Below are positions 1 through 8,725 of a DNA stretch of 64,000 nucleotides, one piece after another. The notes beneath the pieces are model-generated. The model was not told the DNA's origin. It saw nothing but the letters and a program-made list of their open reading frames with translations, and made no database searches. The first letter of the stretch is position 1. Each line of letters opens with the position of its first letter. Source of the stretch: Nitrospinaceae bacterium. Lineage in GTDB: Bacteria; Nitrospinota; Nitrospinia; Nitrospinales; Nitrospinaceae. Both the position numbers and the translations under genes were made by a program. The DNA lies in the NCBI GenBank assembly GCA_965237905.1, contig OZ250172.1, positions 1,792,001 to 1,856,000 on the forward strand, written 5' to 3'.

Positions 1-64
1 ATCGCTTACGGCGTAGGCGAATTCCGAGAATTTGGAATGATAGGATTTTTCTTTTAACGCTGAA

Positions 65-553
65 TTATTTGGAGTTCCAGGGTTTGCCGTCGATCAGCAA
101 ATCTTTAATCTGAGCTTTACCGTCGGTCATAACAGAAATGACGATACTTCCCTTTTTGGACCTCACATCTTTATCCAATTTCTCCGCTTGGTCTTCCGGG
201 ATATAAAACCGTTCGATCCCCGCTTTAAATTGGTTGCCCCTACAAGTCCCTTTAATTACGACTTCACAACTTTCCGGTTTGCTGTGCGAAAATTGTTTGG
301 GTTTGAGGCAGACGTATCCAGTTACAACTGCATGCGATCTTTTTTTGGGTGGCTGGCAAAGGTCTTTCACGCCGTAATCCACCCGATAAATTAGATAGTG
401 GCCGGAAAGGAGGTCCCTGGGATCATAGCCTTCAATAGGAAGAGTGACTTCCTGCCCATAAGTTACCCTATAGTGTTTGTATCCTGTTAAAAAACCCAGA
501 GCTACAATGGGGAACAGTAACGCACTAATCAAAATTATCTTAGGCCGGTTCAT
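65..553 (-). CDS. GDYXXLXY domain membrane-anchored protein
   Basis: N-terminal TM helix and motif YDPRDLLSGHYLIYR. The ATG at 553 overlaps the upstream stop (ATGA). Usual partner of DUF2157 genes. Confidence 0.8.
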   Translation of the reverse strand: MNRPKIILISALLFPIVALGFLTGYKHYRVTYGQEVTLPIEGYDPRDLLSGHYLIYRVDYGVKDLCQPPKKRSHAVVTGYVCLKPKQFSHSKPESCEVVIKGTCRGNQFKAGIERFYIPEDQAEKLDKDVRSKKGSIVISVMTDGKAQIKDLLIDGKPWNSK

Positions 554-1691
554 TTTAAAAGTCCCTCCGACCATGTGGCCATCTGCAAACGATATTTGTT
601 CCAGTAAACCACCATACCAATGATGAGACCCCCTGATAGAATCAATCCAAATCCCGTCACAGCAAGTCCGCCAAAAGCCTGAAAGTAAAGTATTAAAAAT
701 CGGACGCCGATGAGAAAAATTAAAAGCTGGAAGAGTTTTCGCCGTTTAAGACTGGCCAGGAAAATAGCCAGCAAACCCAAAATAATCAGGGTGCATAAGG
801 CGAATATGATTTCGCCGTCCTTAATGACATAAATCAGATGGAAGGGCAAGAAATAAAAAGCGAGGAAGATCATCAGGAGTATTTTCTGTGGATGGGTATA
901 TGCTGAATTTGACCAGATACCCAAAACTGCAGTGACGGCCAAAATATAATTTGGAAAGTAAGTCAGAAACCCTGATTCGGGTTGACCGTAACAGCCTGCA
1001 TAACCAATAAACCAGCCCTCGACAACAAACAGGGCCATAATGATTCCAATTAAAGCCCATACGGTGAAGGCTCGCGTCAGCCCAACTTCGCCCAGATATT
1101 TTCTGCTGAGCATGGCCAAAACGCCACTCAAAAGAGGAACAGCCATAAAAACGCCGGAATAATCTTTTTGATATAGGGGTTGAAAAGCTGGGCTGGTTAA
1201 TGCAGTGCAAATGAGTGCGATGAAAAAACCGGATACCCAAAGAAAGGGACCGAAAGATCTTTTGGATATGATTGGAATTCCCGCGGTGATCAGCGACCAA
1301 AGCATCAGGGCTTGATACAGTTTGCCACCCGTATGGTAGATTTGTGAAATCAAGCCGATGGATGCCAGGCAAAGAAACAGAAAACAAACCAGCAACACTT
1401 CGAACTGAATAGATTTTTTTTCTCCCAGGTATGATGGATTCCAATCGCTAAACCGATCAGCAACAGGAAATCGAGCCCCAGCTTAACGGCATCTGGAATG
1501 TCATCCCAATTGGCGGCGATGAGTGAAATGAACCCAATGCTGATGATGGTGGCGCCCAGAATCAGAAAACTGTACAGTACCCAGGAACTGCCGGGCGCAT
1601 TGGCTTCGTATTGACGAATTCCTTCCGCCTGTTCCCGGCTGATGATATTGTTCGACACCCAATCGTGGAGCCGCTTTTCGAGTCGTGACAT
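550..1691 (-). pseudogene. DUF2157 family membrane protein, frameshifted at an A8 run (ORFs 1350-1691 and 550-1398)
   Basis: 5' ORF has W...IISREQAEGI and LIAANWDDIP; 3' ORF has IGLISQIYH. One extra A at 1414-1421 joins them into 380 aa. Confidence 0.75.
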
Positions 1692-1833
1692 ATCAATAGG
1701 TTAAAGGATATCCGCCAAAACTAACATATAAATTTTATCACGGGTAAATGTAGGCGGGGCAGGCCTGGGATGAAAAAAGCGGGAGGCAGTGAATCCATTC
1801 CGGATTGCGGAAAACCTCTATTATTTGATCGGC

Positions 1834-2241
1834 TTAAAAAACTTCCGTGTTGAATACCTGGCAGGGATTACTTACCGTGTTGGAATCCCCGGAGACGGAG
1901 AACAGGGGAGCCGGGTACTGAAAGGCGCCGCTTTTCAAATCCTTCCCGGGCGAGTAAGACCAGTCGGGATCGGCGGCCAGTTTGGGGAATTTTTTTGTAA
2001 ACTCTTCGTGCTTAGGATAGCGGGCGTACTCCATACAAAAGTTGACAATATAAGCCCTTACGATCTTGGCCTCCTGCACCGTTACGGAATCCTTTTTGTA
2101 ACCCTTGGCCTGCTGAACCGTTGGAGAATGCTTGGACTGAGGCACCGTTTTGGAGTCCTTCATATACAAACTCACCCCCACACCCCCAAACAACAAGAGA
2201 CCCAAAACAATTGTAACGATTAGGCTTTTCTTCGATTTCAT
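1834..2241 (-). CDS. hypothetical protein with N-terminal membrane anchor
   Basis: MKSKKS followed by a hydrophobic helix; no recognised family. Confidence 0.55.
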   Translation of the reverse strand: MKSKKSLIVTIVLGLLLFGGVGVSLYMKDSKTVPQSKHSPTVQQAKGYKKDSVTVQEAKIVRAYIVNFCMEYARYPKHEEFTKKFPKLAADPDWSYSPGKDLKSGAFQYPAPLFSVSGDSNTVSNPCQVFNTEVF

Positions 2242-2366
2242 AGAATCAGTATAACAGGCAGGAAAACAAATTCGAGACAAGAGGCTCAACGAGTCGGCAA
2301 TTCAGCCTTTTACAATGGAAAAGAATGGCCTGGCGAAATCAGCTCTGGACCTTGTGCGGCTTCTGC

Positions 2367-2389
2367 CAAGCTCGCCCTCCGCGAAGGAG
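2367..2389. repeat. partial copy of the dispersed ~94-bp element (CAAGCTCGCCCTCCGCGAAGGAG)
   Basis: 22/23 identical to 4315-4337; lies 3 nt beyond the stop of the gene ending at 2393. Confidence 0.7.
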
Positions 2390-2392
2390 TTG

Positions 2393-2914
2393 TTACTCTG
2401 TCATCTTTTTTTGCCTTATCTTGGCGATAATCATATAACCAATGGCGACGCTGCATAAACCAAAAAGCCCAATGGCAGCATAGGCTATCAGAGGATTTTT
2501 CCCTTTAAGAAGAATCCAAATCCCCAGCCCAACGAAACCAAGGGATGTGAATTCAAGGATAATGAGGGTGGGAAGATTATGGGATTTCGCCGAATTCTTG
2601 TACGCTTCGGACACTCGCAGTTTTTCTTCGGTTTTCTGCAAGCCTTTGGTAAGTTTCTTGACTGTGAAACAATACCAGACAATAAAAACAGGCAACAGTA
2701 CAAGATTCAGCCAGGCCCCGACAGTCACTTGGATGATAACGATAGCGGGGATCATAATGATATATATTGTTTTGATCAATCCACGGATCTGGTCCTTCCG
2801 GTCTTCGGAATCAATGATGAACCCTGACCCAAAGATTCCCCACGGATAAAACAATGTGTTTCCCGATGCATCTTTCTTAAAAATTGCATCTGTCACGCCA
2901 TCAAAATAGCCCAT
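2393..2914 (-). CDS. hypothetical 4-TM membrane protein
   Basis: AAGGA upstream of ATG 2914; FYPWG motif; four hydrophobic segments. Confidence 0.7.
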   Translation of the reverse strand: MGYFDGVTDAIFKKDASGNTLFYPWGIFGSGFIIDSEDRKDQIRGLIKTIYIIMIPAIVIIQVTVGAWLNLVLLPVFIVWYCFTVKKLTKGLQKTEEKLRVSEAYKNSAKSHNLPTLIILEFTSLGFVGLGIWILLKGKNPLIAYAAIGLFGLCSVAIGYMIIAKIRQKKMTE

Positions 2915-2950
2915 ATTTTCCTTGAACAAGCGTTGCCCCGCCCACCACAT

Positions 2951-4210
2951 CTATTTGCTTTCAGACAATTTCCATAGGTTAGTGGATTCATTGAAGAAAA
3001 ACTGTCTCCAGTAGCGATCGTTGTCACTGTCATACTGACCAAAACAATCGTTTATCTGCGGCGCTCCGCCCAGCATTCTTAAAATCTCGATAAGGGAGCG
3101 CCATTCTTTGTTAAGCGACCGGGCTCTTCCCCCCTTCGGTCCATTGGATTTTTTTAGTCTGCGCCAATGTGTGGGAAGAGAACTGGCAGCTACCGAACCC
3201 CGTTCTATAGCTATAAAATGTTTTATTTGTAATTGATGGCTGCAATTGCGCCTCAATGCGTAAATATTTTTTTTGACTAGATATCCTCTATCTGCTATGT
3301 AGCGATTCTTATCTGCGCCGTATTGCAACAAAAGACGGACGGCCGATGCATCCTTCATATTGATCGCGAAAGCCAGTGGATCATGAACACCACCGCTTTC
3401 CTTATTGACATTGAAATGCCTGAGAAGCATTTCAAGGACTTGGTAGTTTTTAGATCGAATTGCGGTTAAAACGGAATTAAGAGTGACCGGTGAGCCCTTT
3501 TTAATGAGCGTCTCCACAATGAAGGGCTTTTCATCCCCCTTGATGACAACCTGATCATCCAAGTTTCTGGAAAGTTGATTGAGTACCTCTTGTTGAAGCT
3601 TCGGGTTTCCCTTAAGGCGTCCGGTTTCCGCTCTCAAATAAGAATAGGGAGAAACGCGATTGGATTCGCACAGTGGAGAGACTCCTTTGTCCATATATCG
3701 CTCGATCGATTTCAGATCGCCCGTCGCCACGGCGATTTTCAAATAGGAGCATTTCAGATTGCGATGAAAGCCGCTGGATTTTTCCACGACGGCAGTAAGG
3801 GTTTCGGCGTCGTGAAGGGATTCCGCGATGCTTAAAAACCTCCCGGTCTGGTATTTGTCGATACACCAGGAATCCATGAGATCCACATCCCGGCTTTTCT
3901 TGAATTCCGAGAGAACACGGTTGGCGCAAGAAGCTTTGATGTTTTGAAATGGTCCGTGATAAGCGATATAACCGCCAAAATAACCAATGTAAATTACCAG
4001 AAAGAGCATGGCTATGCGGGGATACTTTTTCTGAATCCACGCCACCACGATGCCGCAGACCAGACCCAGTAAAATCGCGGCGGGAAGGATGTACAGAGCC
4101 GCAAAACCCCCACCATCGGGCATCTGCCTTAACCAAATGTAAGACGCCCGCCAGGTAAGGGCACTCAAAGCCAGCGGGTAAACCAGATACCGGAATTTAA
4201 ATTTGCTCAT
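2951..4210 (-). CDS. membrane protein with ankyrin-like repeats
   Basis: Three N-terminal TM helices; ankyrin-like segments LKIAVATGDLKSIERYMDKG and DPLAFAINMKDASAVRLLLQYGADKN. Confidence 0.7.
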   Translation of the reverse strand: MSKFKFRYLVYPLALSALTWRASYIWLRQMPDGGGFAALYILPAAILLGLVCGIVVAWIQKKYPRIAMLFLVIYIGYFGGYIAYHGPFQNIKASCANRVLSEFKKSRDVDLMDSWCIDKYQTGRFLSIAESLHDAETLTAVVEKSSGFHRNLKCSYLKIAVATGDLKSIERYMDKGVSPLCESNRVSPYSYLRAETGRLKGNPKLQQEVLNQLSRNLDDQVVIKGDEKPFIVETLIKKGSPVTLNSVLTAIRSKNYQVLEMLLRHFNVNKESGGVHDPLAFAINMKDASAVRLLLQYGADKNRYIADRGYLVKKNIYALRRNCSHQLQIKHFIAIERGSVAASSLPTHWRRLKKSNGPKGGRARSLNKEWRSLIEILRMLGGAPQINDCFGQYDSDNDRYWRQFFFNESTNLWKLSESK

Positions 4211-4257
4211 ATTGGCAGTATAAAACCAGAGTGGAGAGAAGTACAGCGGCACGCCGG

Positions 4258-4452
4258 GTGGAGTGCCTCCACACGCAGTTTGAATGAAACTCAAGCAACT
4301 TTGCCCGTCGTGAGCAAGCTCGCCCTCCGCGTAGGAGGCGGAGAACCTCCGCAGGTAATATACACTTTAATGGCGGAGATAAAGGCTGGTTTGCTCAACC
4401 AAGTGTCAGCCAATTTCGCCCTCCGCGTAGGAGCTCGCCCTCTGCGGAAGAG
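4258..4452. repeat. degenerate array of the dispersed element abutting the tmRNA 3' end (units of about 80 and 96 bp plus a 20-bp end fragment)
   Basis: TCGCCCTCYGCG motif three times (ending 4337, 4433, 4452); hairpins GTGGA-GTGCC-TCCAC (4258) and GCGGA-GAACC-TCCGC (4338); 4318-4370 matches the 56.6-kb array unit at 43/53 without gaps. Confidence 0.7.
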
Positions 4453-4814
4453 TGGTGGAGGCGGGGGGAATCGAACCCCCGTCCGAAAGTCGTCAACGCA
4501 AAGCGTCTACATGCTTATTTCGCTCTTTGGGTCTCGTTCGAGCTACTCCAGCGAACAGGATTTCACCCGAACCAGTCTCTCAATCACCGCATACCCCCGA
4601 GACACTGGGTACGAAGCTCGTTCGCTAAAGTGACGTTCTTCTAAACCTCACGAACAAAAGAATAGAGAACGGTAACCAAGTAAAACGAGTTTACGCGGCT
4701 ACTGCATAGTCATAATCATTGGCGATTATGGTTTGTGCCGTTTTTTTACGGGCCAACGGCATCCCGTGCATGCAACTTTGATCTCAATACTCCCGTCGAA
4801 TCCAGATCGCCCCC
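4453..4814 (-). ncRNA. ssrA: tmRNA (one-piece), tag peptide ANDYDYAVAA*
   Basis: 5' GGGGGCGATCTGGATTCGAC; 3' GGGGGTTCGATTCCCCCCGCCTCCACCA; tag reading frame 4723-4691; 362 nt. Confidence 0.97.
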
Positions 4815-4850
4815 AAAATTGAGGTGTGTGAGGAGTGAGTTCCTATCTAT

Positions 4851-4879
4851 AATATAACATCCCCGCCAGGGAATTCCAA
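4851..4879 (-). promoter_or_regulatory. putative sigma70 promoter of ssrA
   Basis: TTGGAA-17 nt-TATATT with extended TG. Confidence 0.5.
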
Positions 4880-4997
4880 TGCCTATCAGCTTCGGGGGAA
4901 TCGTCTAAAGCGTTTAATCTAAAGGAGTTTCTCTATTCGTGGAGGGAGAGGGGGAAGAAACTTTTCAGTCGGGATGATATCTATAATTTTACCAAAA

Positions 4998-5354
4998 CTA
5001 CCATTGCCAAGTGTGGACGGGGGGATACAGAATGGTGGACTCCAGTTCATAGGTTTCACCCAGATGAGAATGAACCAACTCCAGCTTGATATCATTCGTA
5101 ATTTCATCCGGGAAAAATTCCACCAGCGTGTTGTAACAGACCAGCGCCTCATCATAGGCATTGAAGATTTGATGCCCGGGAGTGTTGAGGATTTCGACTG
5201 CATAATCCCGCCCCGCATCGTCCCATTGCCAGAGGCGCACTACGTAATGGCTGACGGACTGGAAAGTATCAGACAGAGGCAAGCCAGCTTTATAGCGGGC
5301 TTCATAAATATCCTGCGCCGTATGGACCTGTCCCTTAAAAGAATATTTGTACAT
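4998..5354 (-). CDS. hypothetical protein (paralogue of 5484-5840)
   Basis: G-rich RBS; aligns end to end with its neighbour (VRLWQWD, PGHQIF, IKLEL). Confidence 0.8.
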   Translation of the reverse strand: MYKYSFKGQVHTAQDIYEARYKAGLPLSDTFQSVSHYVVRLWQWDDAGRDYAVEILNTPGHQIFNAYDEALVCYNTLVEFFPDEITNDIKLELVHSHLGETYELESTILYPPVHTWQW

Positions 5355-5483
5355 GTGGTCCCCCCCTACGATGACCATCATCCGGTGGCCCGGAATGCAG
5401 ACTTAACGCATGGATAGTAATGAAAATGGATGGCAGGCGCAAGTGAAAAGACTCCTATCCATTAATCTTTTTAAAACAATGCG

Positions 5484-5840
5484 TTATGGCTCTCTTGCCA
5501 GCACGGGCGGAAATAGAATTTTCGAATACAAAGTGCTGATCTTTCCCCGGTGGTACTGAATCAACTCCAGTTTGATCTCCTCTGCGGCTTCCTCCGGATA
5601 ATCGGTTGCAAGAGCATTAAAACAAGTCAGCGCGTCATCATACTCTTTGAACACCTGATGTCCCGGTGCATCGAAAACCTCGATGGAGTGGTCTTTTTCC
5701 GTCTCGTCCCAATGCCAAATGCGAACGATGAAATGATCGATCGGGTTGATCCCCTCCGGCAGGACAAATTCCGTTTGCCACCTCGCCTCATGGAATCCAG
5801 GCGCAAAATGGATCCGGTTGTTATGTAAGAATTTATACAT
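5484..5840 (-). CDS. hypothetical protein (paralogue of 4998-5354)
   Basis: VRIWHWD, PGHQVF, IKLEL; both proteins are 118 aa. Confidence 0.8.
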   Translation of the reverse strand: MYKFLHNNRIHFAPGFHEARWQTEFVLPEGINPIDHFIVRIWHWDETEKDHSIEVFDAPGHQVFKEYDDALTCFNALATDYPEEAAEEIKLELIQYHRGKISTLYSKILFPPVLAREP

Positions 5841-6037
5841 TATTGATTCCCCCTTTCCACAGTTGTCGTCATAGAATTTTCCCCTAATCCTAATATAATT
5901 CTAAGACCGGATTACGGCACATTTTATTCCCCTTCAAAAATCAGGGTTTATCGTTTGCAAAGCATTTATGGTAAATTAGCCCTTCATTTACAGGCGAAAT
6001 AATAGCGAAGTGGTCAATCACCCAAACGGAGGTCATC

Positions 6038-6856
6038 ATGTTTTCAGGGCTTGATATCGAAAAAATGGTAACGATTTATGTGGTTCCCTGGTTCATCAAT
6101 ATCGCGTTGGCAATCGTCGTTTTTATTGTGGGGCGGTTAATCGCCAAAGGCCTGGTTAAGGTGCTTGAGCGGCTTCTTGTCAGAGCGAAAGTGGACTCTA
6201 TGCTGGTTGAGTTCATCGGATCGATTGCCAGTGCCGCGTTGTTTCTCTTTGTCATTATCGCCTCGCTGGATATGCTGGGCGTCAATACCACTTCACTGAT
6301 CGCCATGTTAGGCGCGGCGGGTTTGGCGGTGGGACTGGCGCTTCAGGGCTCGTTGCAGAACTTTGCCTCTGGTGTCCTGTTGATTATATTTCGCCCCTTC
6401 CAGGTAGGCAATTTTATTGAAGCGGGAGGAATCGCCGGCACGGTCGAAAAAATCACCATTTTCAACACCATCATGCTGACTCCGGATAACCGGGAAATCA
6501 TCGTCCCCAATGGTGCTGTTTACGGCGGAACCATCACCAATATATCGGCACGCGATACCCGGCGGATCGACATGGTATTTGGCATTGGTTATGGAGACGA
6601 CATTAAAAAAGCCAAAGATATTCTGATGAAAGCCATGGAGTCTGATGAGCGAATATTGAAGGACCCGGCACCTATGGTCGCCCTTGCGGAACTGGCGGAC
6701 AGCAGTGTGAATTTTGTGGTGCGGCCCTGGGTCAATGCCGCGGACTATTGGGCCGTCAAATTTGAGTTTACTGAAAAAATCAAATTAACCTTTGATGAAA
6801 ATGGCGTTTCCATTCCATTCCCGCAAATGGATGTCCATATGGATCAGGCGGCTTAA
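6038..6856 (+). CDS. mscS: small-conductance mechanosensitive channel
   Basis: GAAGLAVGLALQGSLQNFASG, RPFQVG and IPFPQ; GGAGG RBS. Confidence 0.95.
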   Translation: MFSGLDIEKMVTIYVVPWFINIALAIVVFIVGRLIAKGLVKVLERLLVRAKVDSMLVEFIGSIASAALFLFVIIASLDMLGVNTTSLIAMLGAAGLAVGLALQGSLQNFASGVLLIIFRPFQVGNFIEAGGIAGTVEKITIFNTIMLTPDNREIIVPNGAVYGGTITNISARDTRRIDMVFGIGYGDDIKKAKDILMKAMESDERILKDPAPMVALAELADSSVNFVVRPWVNAADYWAVKFEFTEKIKLTFDENGVSIPFPQMDVHMDQAA

Positions 6857-6877
6857 GGGGAATATTCGGTTTTCGGT

Positions 6878-7636
6878 TTAATGGATTTGTGATCGGTTTT
6901 CCAGCCAAGTGACGCCTTTGGATAAGAGGAGGGTCAGCAGCAGGTAGGTCAGGGCGATATAGGTGTAGGTCTCAAAGTAATTGAAGTGGCGTGTGGCGTA
7001 TTCGTTGGCCACGCGCAGAATATCCGAAATGGCCAGCACCGAGACCAGGCTGGTATCCTTCAGCATGCCCAGCGTCTGGTTGCCGACGGCGGGGACGATG
7101 GTCCGCATTGCCTGCGGCAGAATGATCTGGAACATGGCCTGGCGTTCGTTCATGCCCAAACTGCGTGCCGCTTCACCTTGCTCCTTCGCAATGGCCTCCA
7201 CTCCGGCGCGGATCACATCCGCCATGTAGGCGCCGTAGCAGAACCCGAATCCCAATACCGCTGCTGCCAGTTTGTGGATACTGAAAAATTCTCCCAGCGC
7301 GTAATAAATATAAAACAACAGGACCAGCAGGGGAATGCCGCGCAGAATTTCAGTATAAAGCGATGCGGTCACCAATACTGCTTTGTTGCGCGATAGTTTG
7401 GCGAGGCCCACCAGCAAGCCCACGGCAATCGCCGCCGTGCTTCCCATCAACGTCACGCCTAAGGTATAGGCGATTCCCATAGGCAGTAGTTTAAGTAGTG
7501 CCAGGTAGCCGCCTTCGATTTCCCGTTCCAGAAAAATTTCCTGCGCGGGCAGGTAGACCAGGAATACGAAGCTGAACACCACCGCCACGTTCCAGCCCCA
7601 ATGGGTCATTGCGTTGGTGTGAGCGGGTGTTTTCAT
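6878..7636 (-). CDS. polar amino-acid ABC transporter permease (HisM/GlnP type)
   Basis: YTEILRGIPLLV, EAARSLGM and LKDTSLVS. Confidence 0.92.
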   Translation of the reverse strand: MKTPAHTNAMTHWGWNVAVVFSFVFLVYLPAQEIFLEREIEGGYLALLKLLPMGIAYTLGVTLMGSTAAIAVGLLVGLAKLSRNKAVLVTASLYTEILRGIPLLVLLFYIYYALGEFFSIHKLAAAVLGFGFCYGAYMADVIRAGVEAIAKEQGEAARSLGMNERQAMFQIILPQAMRTIVPAVGNQTLGMLKDTSLVSVLAISDILRVANEYATRHFNYFETYTYIALTYLLLTLLLSKGVTWLENRSQIH

Positions 7637-7751
7637 GAATTATAGGTCGCCGGAGATACTTGCGTAAGTCCAGATTTCTGAGTTTGACTTCATTCCTCCT
7701 CCTCGGAGAGAGCTTTGCGGAAGTAACTGATTGTTCAATACAGTGGTCCAT

Positions 7752-7860
7752 CCCCTCCTCAGTCCTCCCCTTGGTAAGGGGAGGAGATATTAGGTCCAGC
7801 GTTACGCTGGCTCACCTTAATCCGTCACCCTGTGGGTGCTCCCCATGAGGGGAGAGGAGA
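7752..7860. repeat. composite REP-like palindromes inside the ABC operon
   Basis: TCCTCCCCTT-GGT-AAGGGGAGGA; GGTCCAGCGTTACGCTGG; CTCACCTTAATCC...CTCCCCATGAGGGGAGAGGAGA (inverse copy at 31560-31598). Confidence 0.7.
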
Positions 7861-7885
7861 ATATTAGCTCCGGGCCTTGCCCGGC

Positions 7886-8710
7886 TCATCCTGTCGGCGA
7901 TGTTTCGTTGGCAGAAGGAATCACCGCCGCCTGGCCGAGGTCCCATTGCTGATGCAATCGTTCCACCGTGCCATTGGCCAACAGGGTTTTCAGTGCCTTG
8001 TCGAGGGCTTGTAGTAAAGCCGGATTGTCCTTGCGTACGGCGATACCGTAATATTCGTTCGTCAGGATTTCTCCCACCATCTTGATTTTGTCGAACACCG
8101 GTTTGTCCTTGTTTTTGTAATACAACGTTCCGGTGCTCTCACCCAGCACCGCGTCGAGTTCTCCATTGATCAAATCCTGCACGGCGTGCCCATACGATTC
8201 ATAACCCACGTTGCGGATGGCGGGATGATCCTTCAGTAAAAAATAAGCGGTCGTCCCGCGTTGCGCACCCACTATCATATTTTTGTTTTGCAGGTCGTCC
8301 AGCGTAGCTACCCCTTGCGTTTTTCTGAGCACGACGATAGCCAGGCCGCTTTTCAGGTAAGGCGTGCTGAACCCCATTTTCTTTTGGCGCTCCTCCAGAA
8401 TAGTGATGGAGCTGATGGCGGCATCGTACTTTCCGGTGGTCAGTCCGCCCAAGAGACCCGCCCACTCCACGTTGACCATTTCCAGTTCGAGACCAGCCTC
8501 TTTGGCGATGGCTTCCATCAAGGCCCAGTCGAATCCGTCGATCTGATTCTGGTCGTTCATAAACGACATGGGAACCAGAGTGGCATCGGTTGCGACTCTT
8601 ATTTTTTTGGGAACGCTCCCGGAATCCGGACCGCAGGCTGGAAATAATCCTGGCAGAAGAATCAGGAATAATAAAAACAATACAATGGAATGTGGTTGGG
8701 TTCGAGACAT
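7886..8710 (-). CDS. amino-acid ABC transporter substrate-binding lipoprotein (family 3)
   Basis: Signal peptide ending in Cys (FPAC); GFD, YDAAISSITILEER and YGIAVRK. Confidence 0.92.
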   Translation of the reverse strand: MSRTQPHSIVLFLLFLILLPGLFPACGPDSGSVPKKIRVATDATLVPMSFMNDQNQIDGFDWALMEAIAKEAGLELEMVNVEWAGLLGGLTTGKYDAAISSITILEERQKKMGFSTPYLKSGLAIVVLRKTQGVATLDDLQNKNMIVGAQRGTTAYFLLKDHPAIRNVGYESYGHAVQDLINGELDAVLGESTGTLYYKNKDKPVFDKIKMVGEILTNEYYGIAVRKDNPALLQALDKALKTLLANGTVERLHQQWDLGQAAVIPSANETSPTG

Positions 8711-8725
8711 AAAATAGATTCCCGG

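Noticed and set aside
1..4452. Prophage or integrative element at ssrA
   Set aside because: No integrase, phage gene or duplicated ssrA 3' end within the window.
4453..4490. tRNA gene
   Set aside because: The T-arm and CCA belong to tmRNA; the matching 5' end and tag ORF are present.
4280..4633. 117-aa plus-strand ORF with repeated ALRVG
   Set aside because: It is antisense to tmRNA and the adjacent DNA repeats; the peptide repeat just reflects those repeats.
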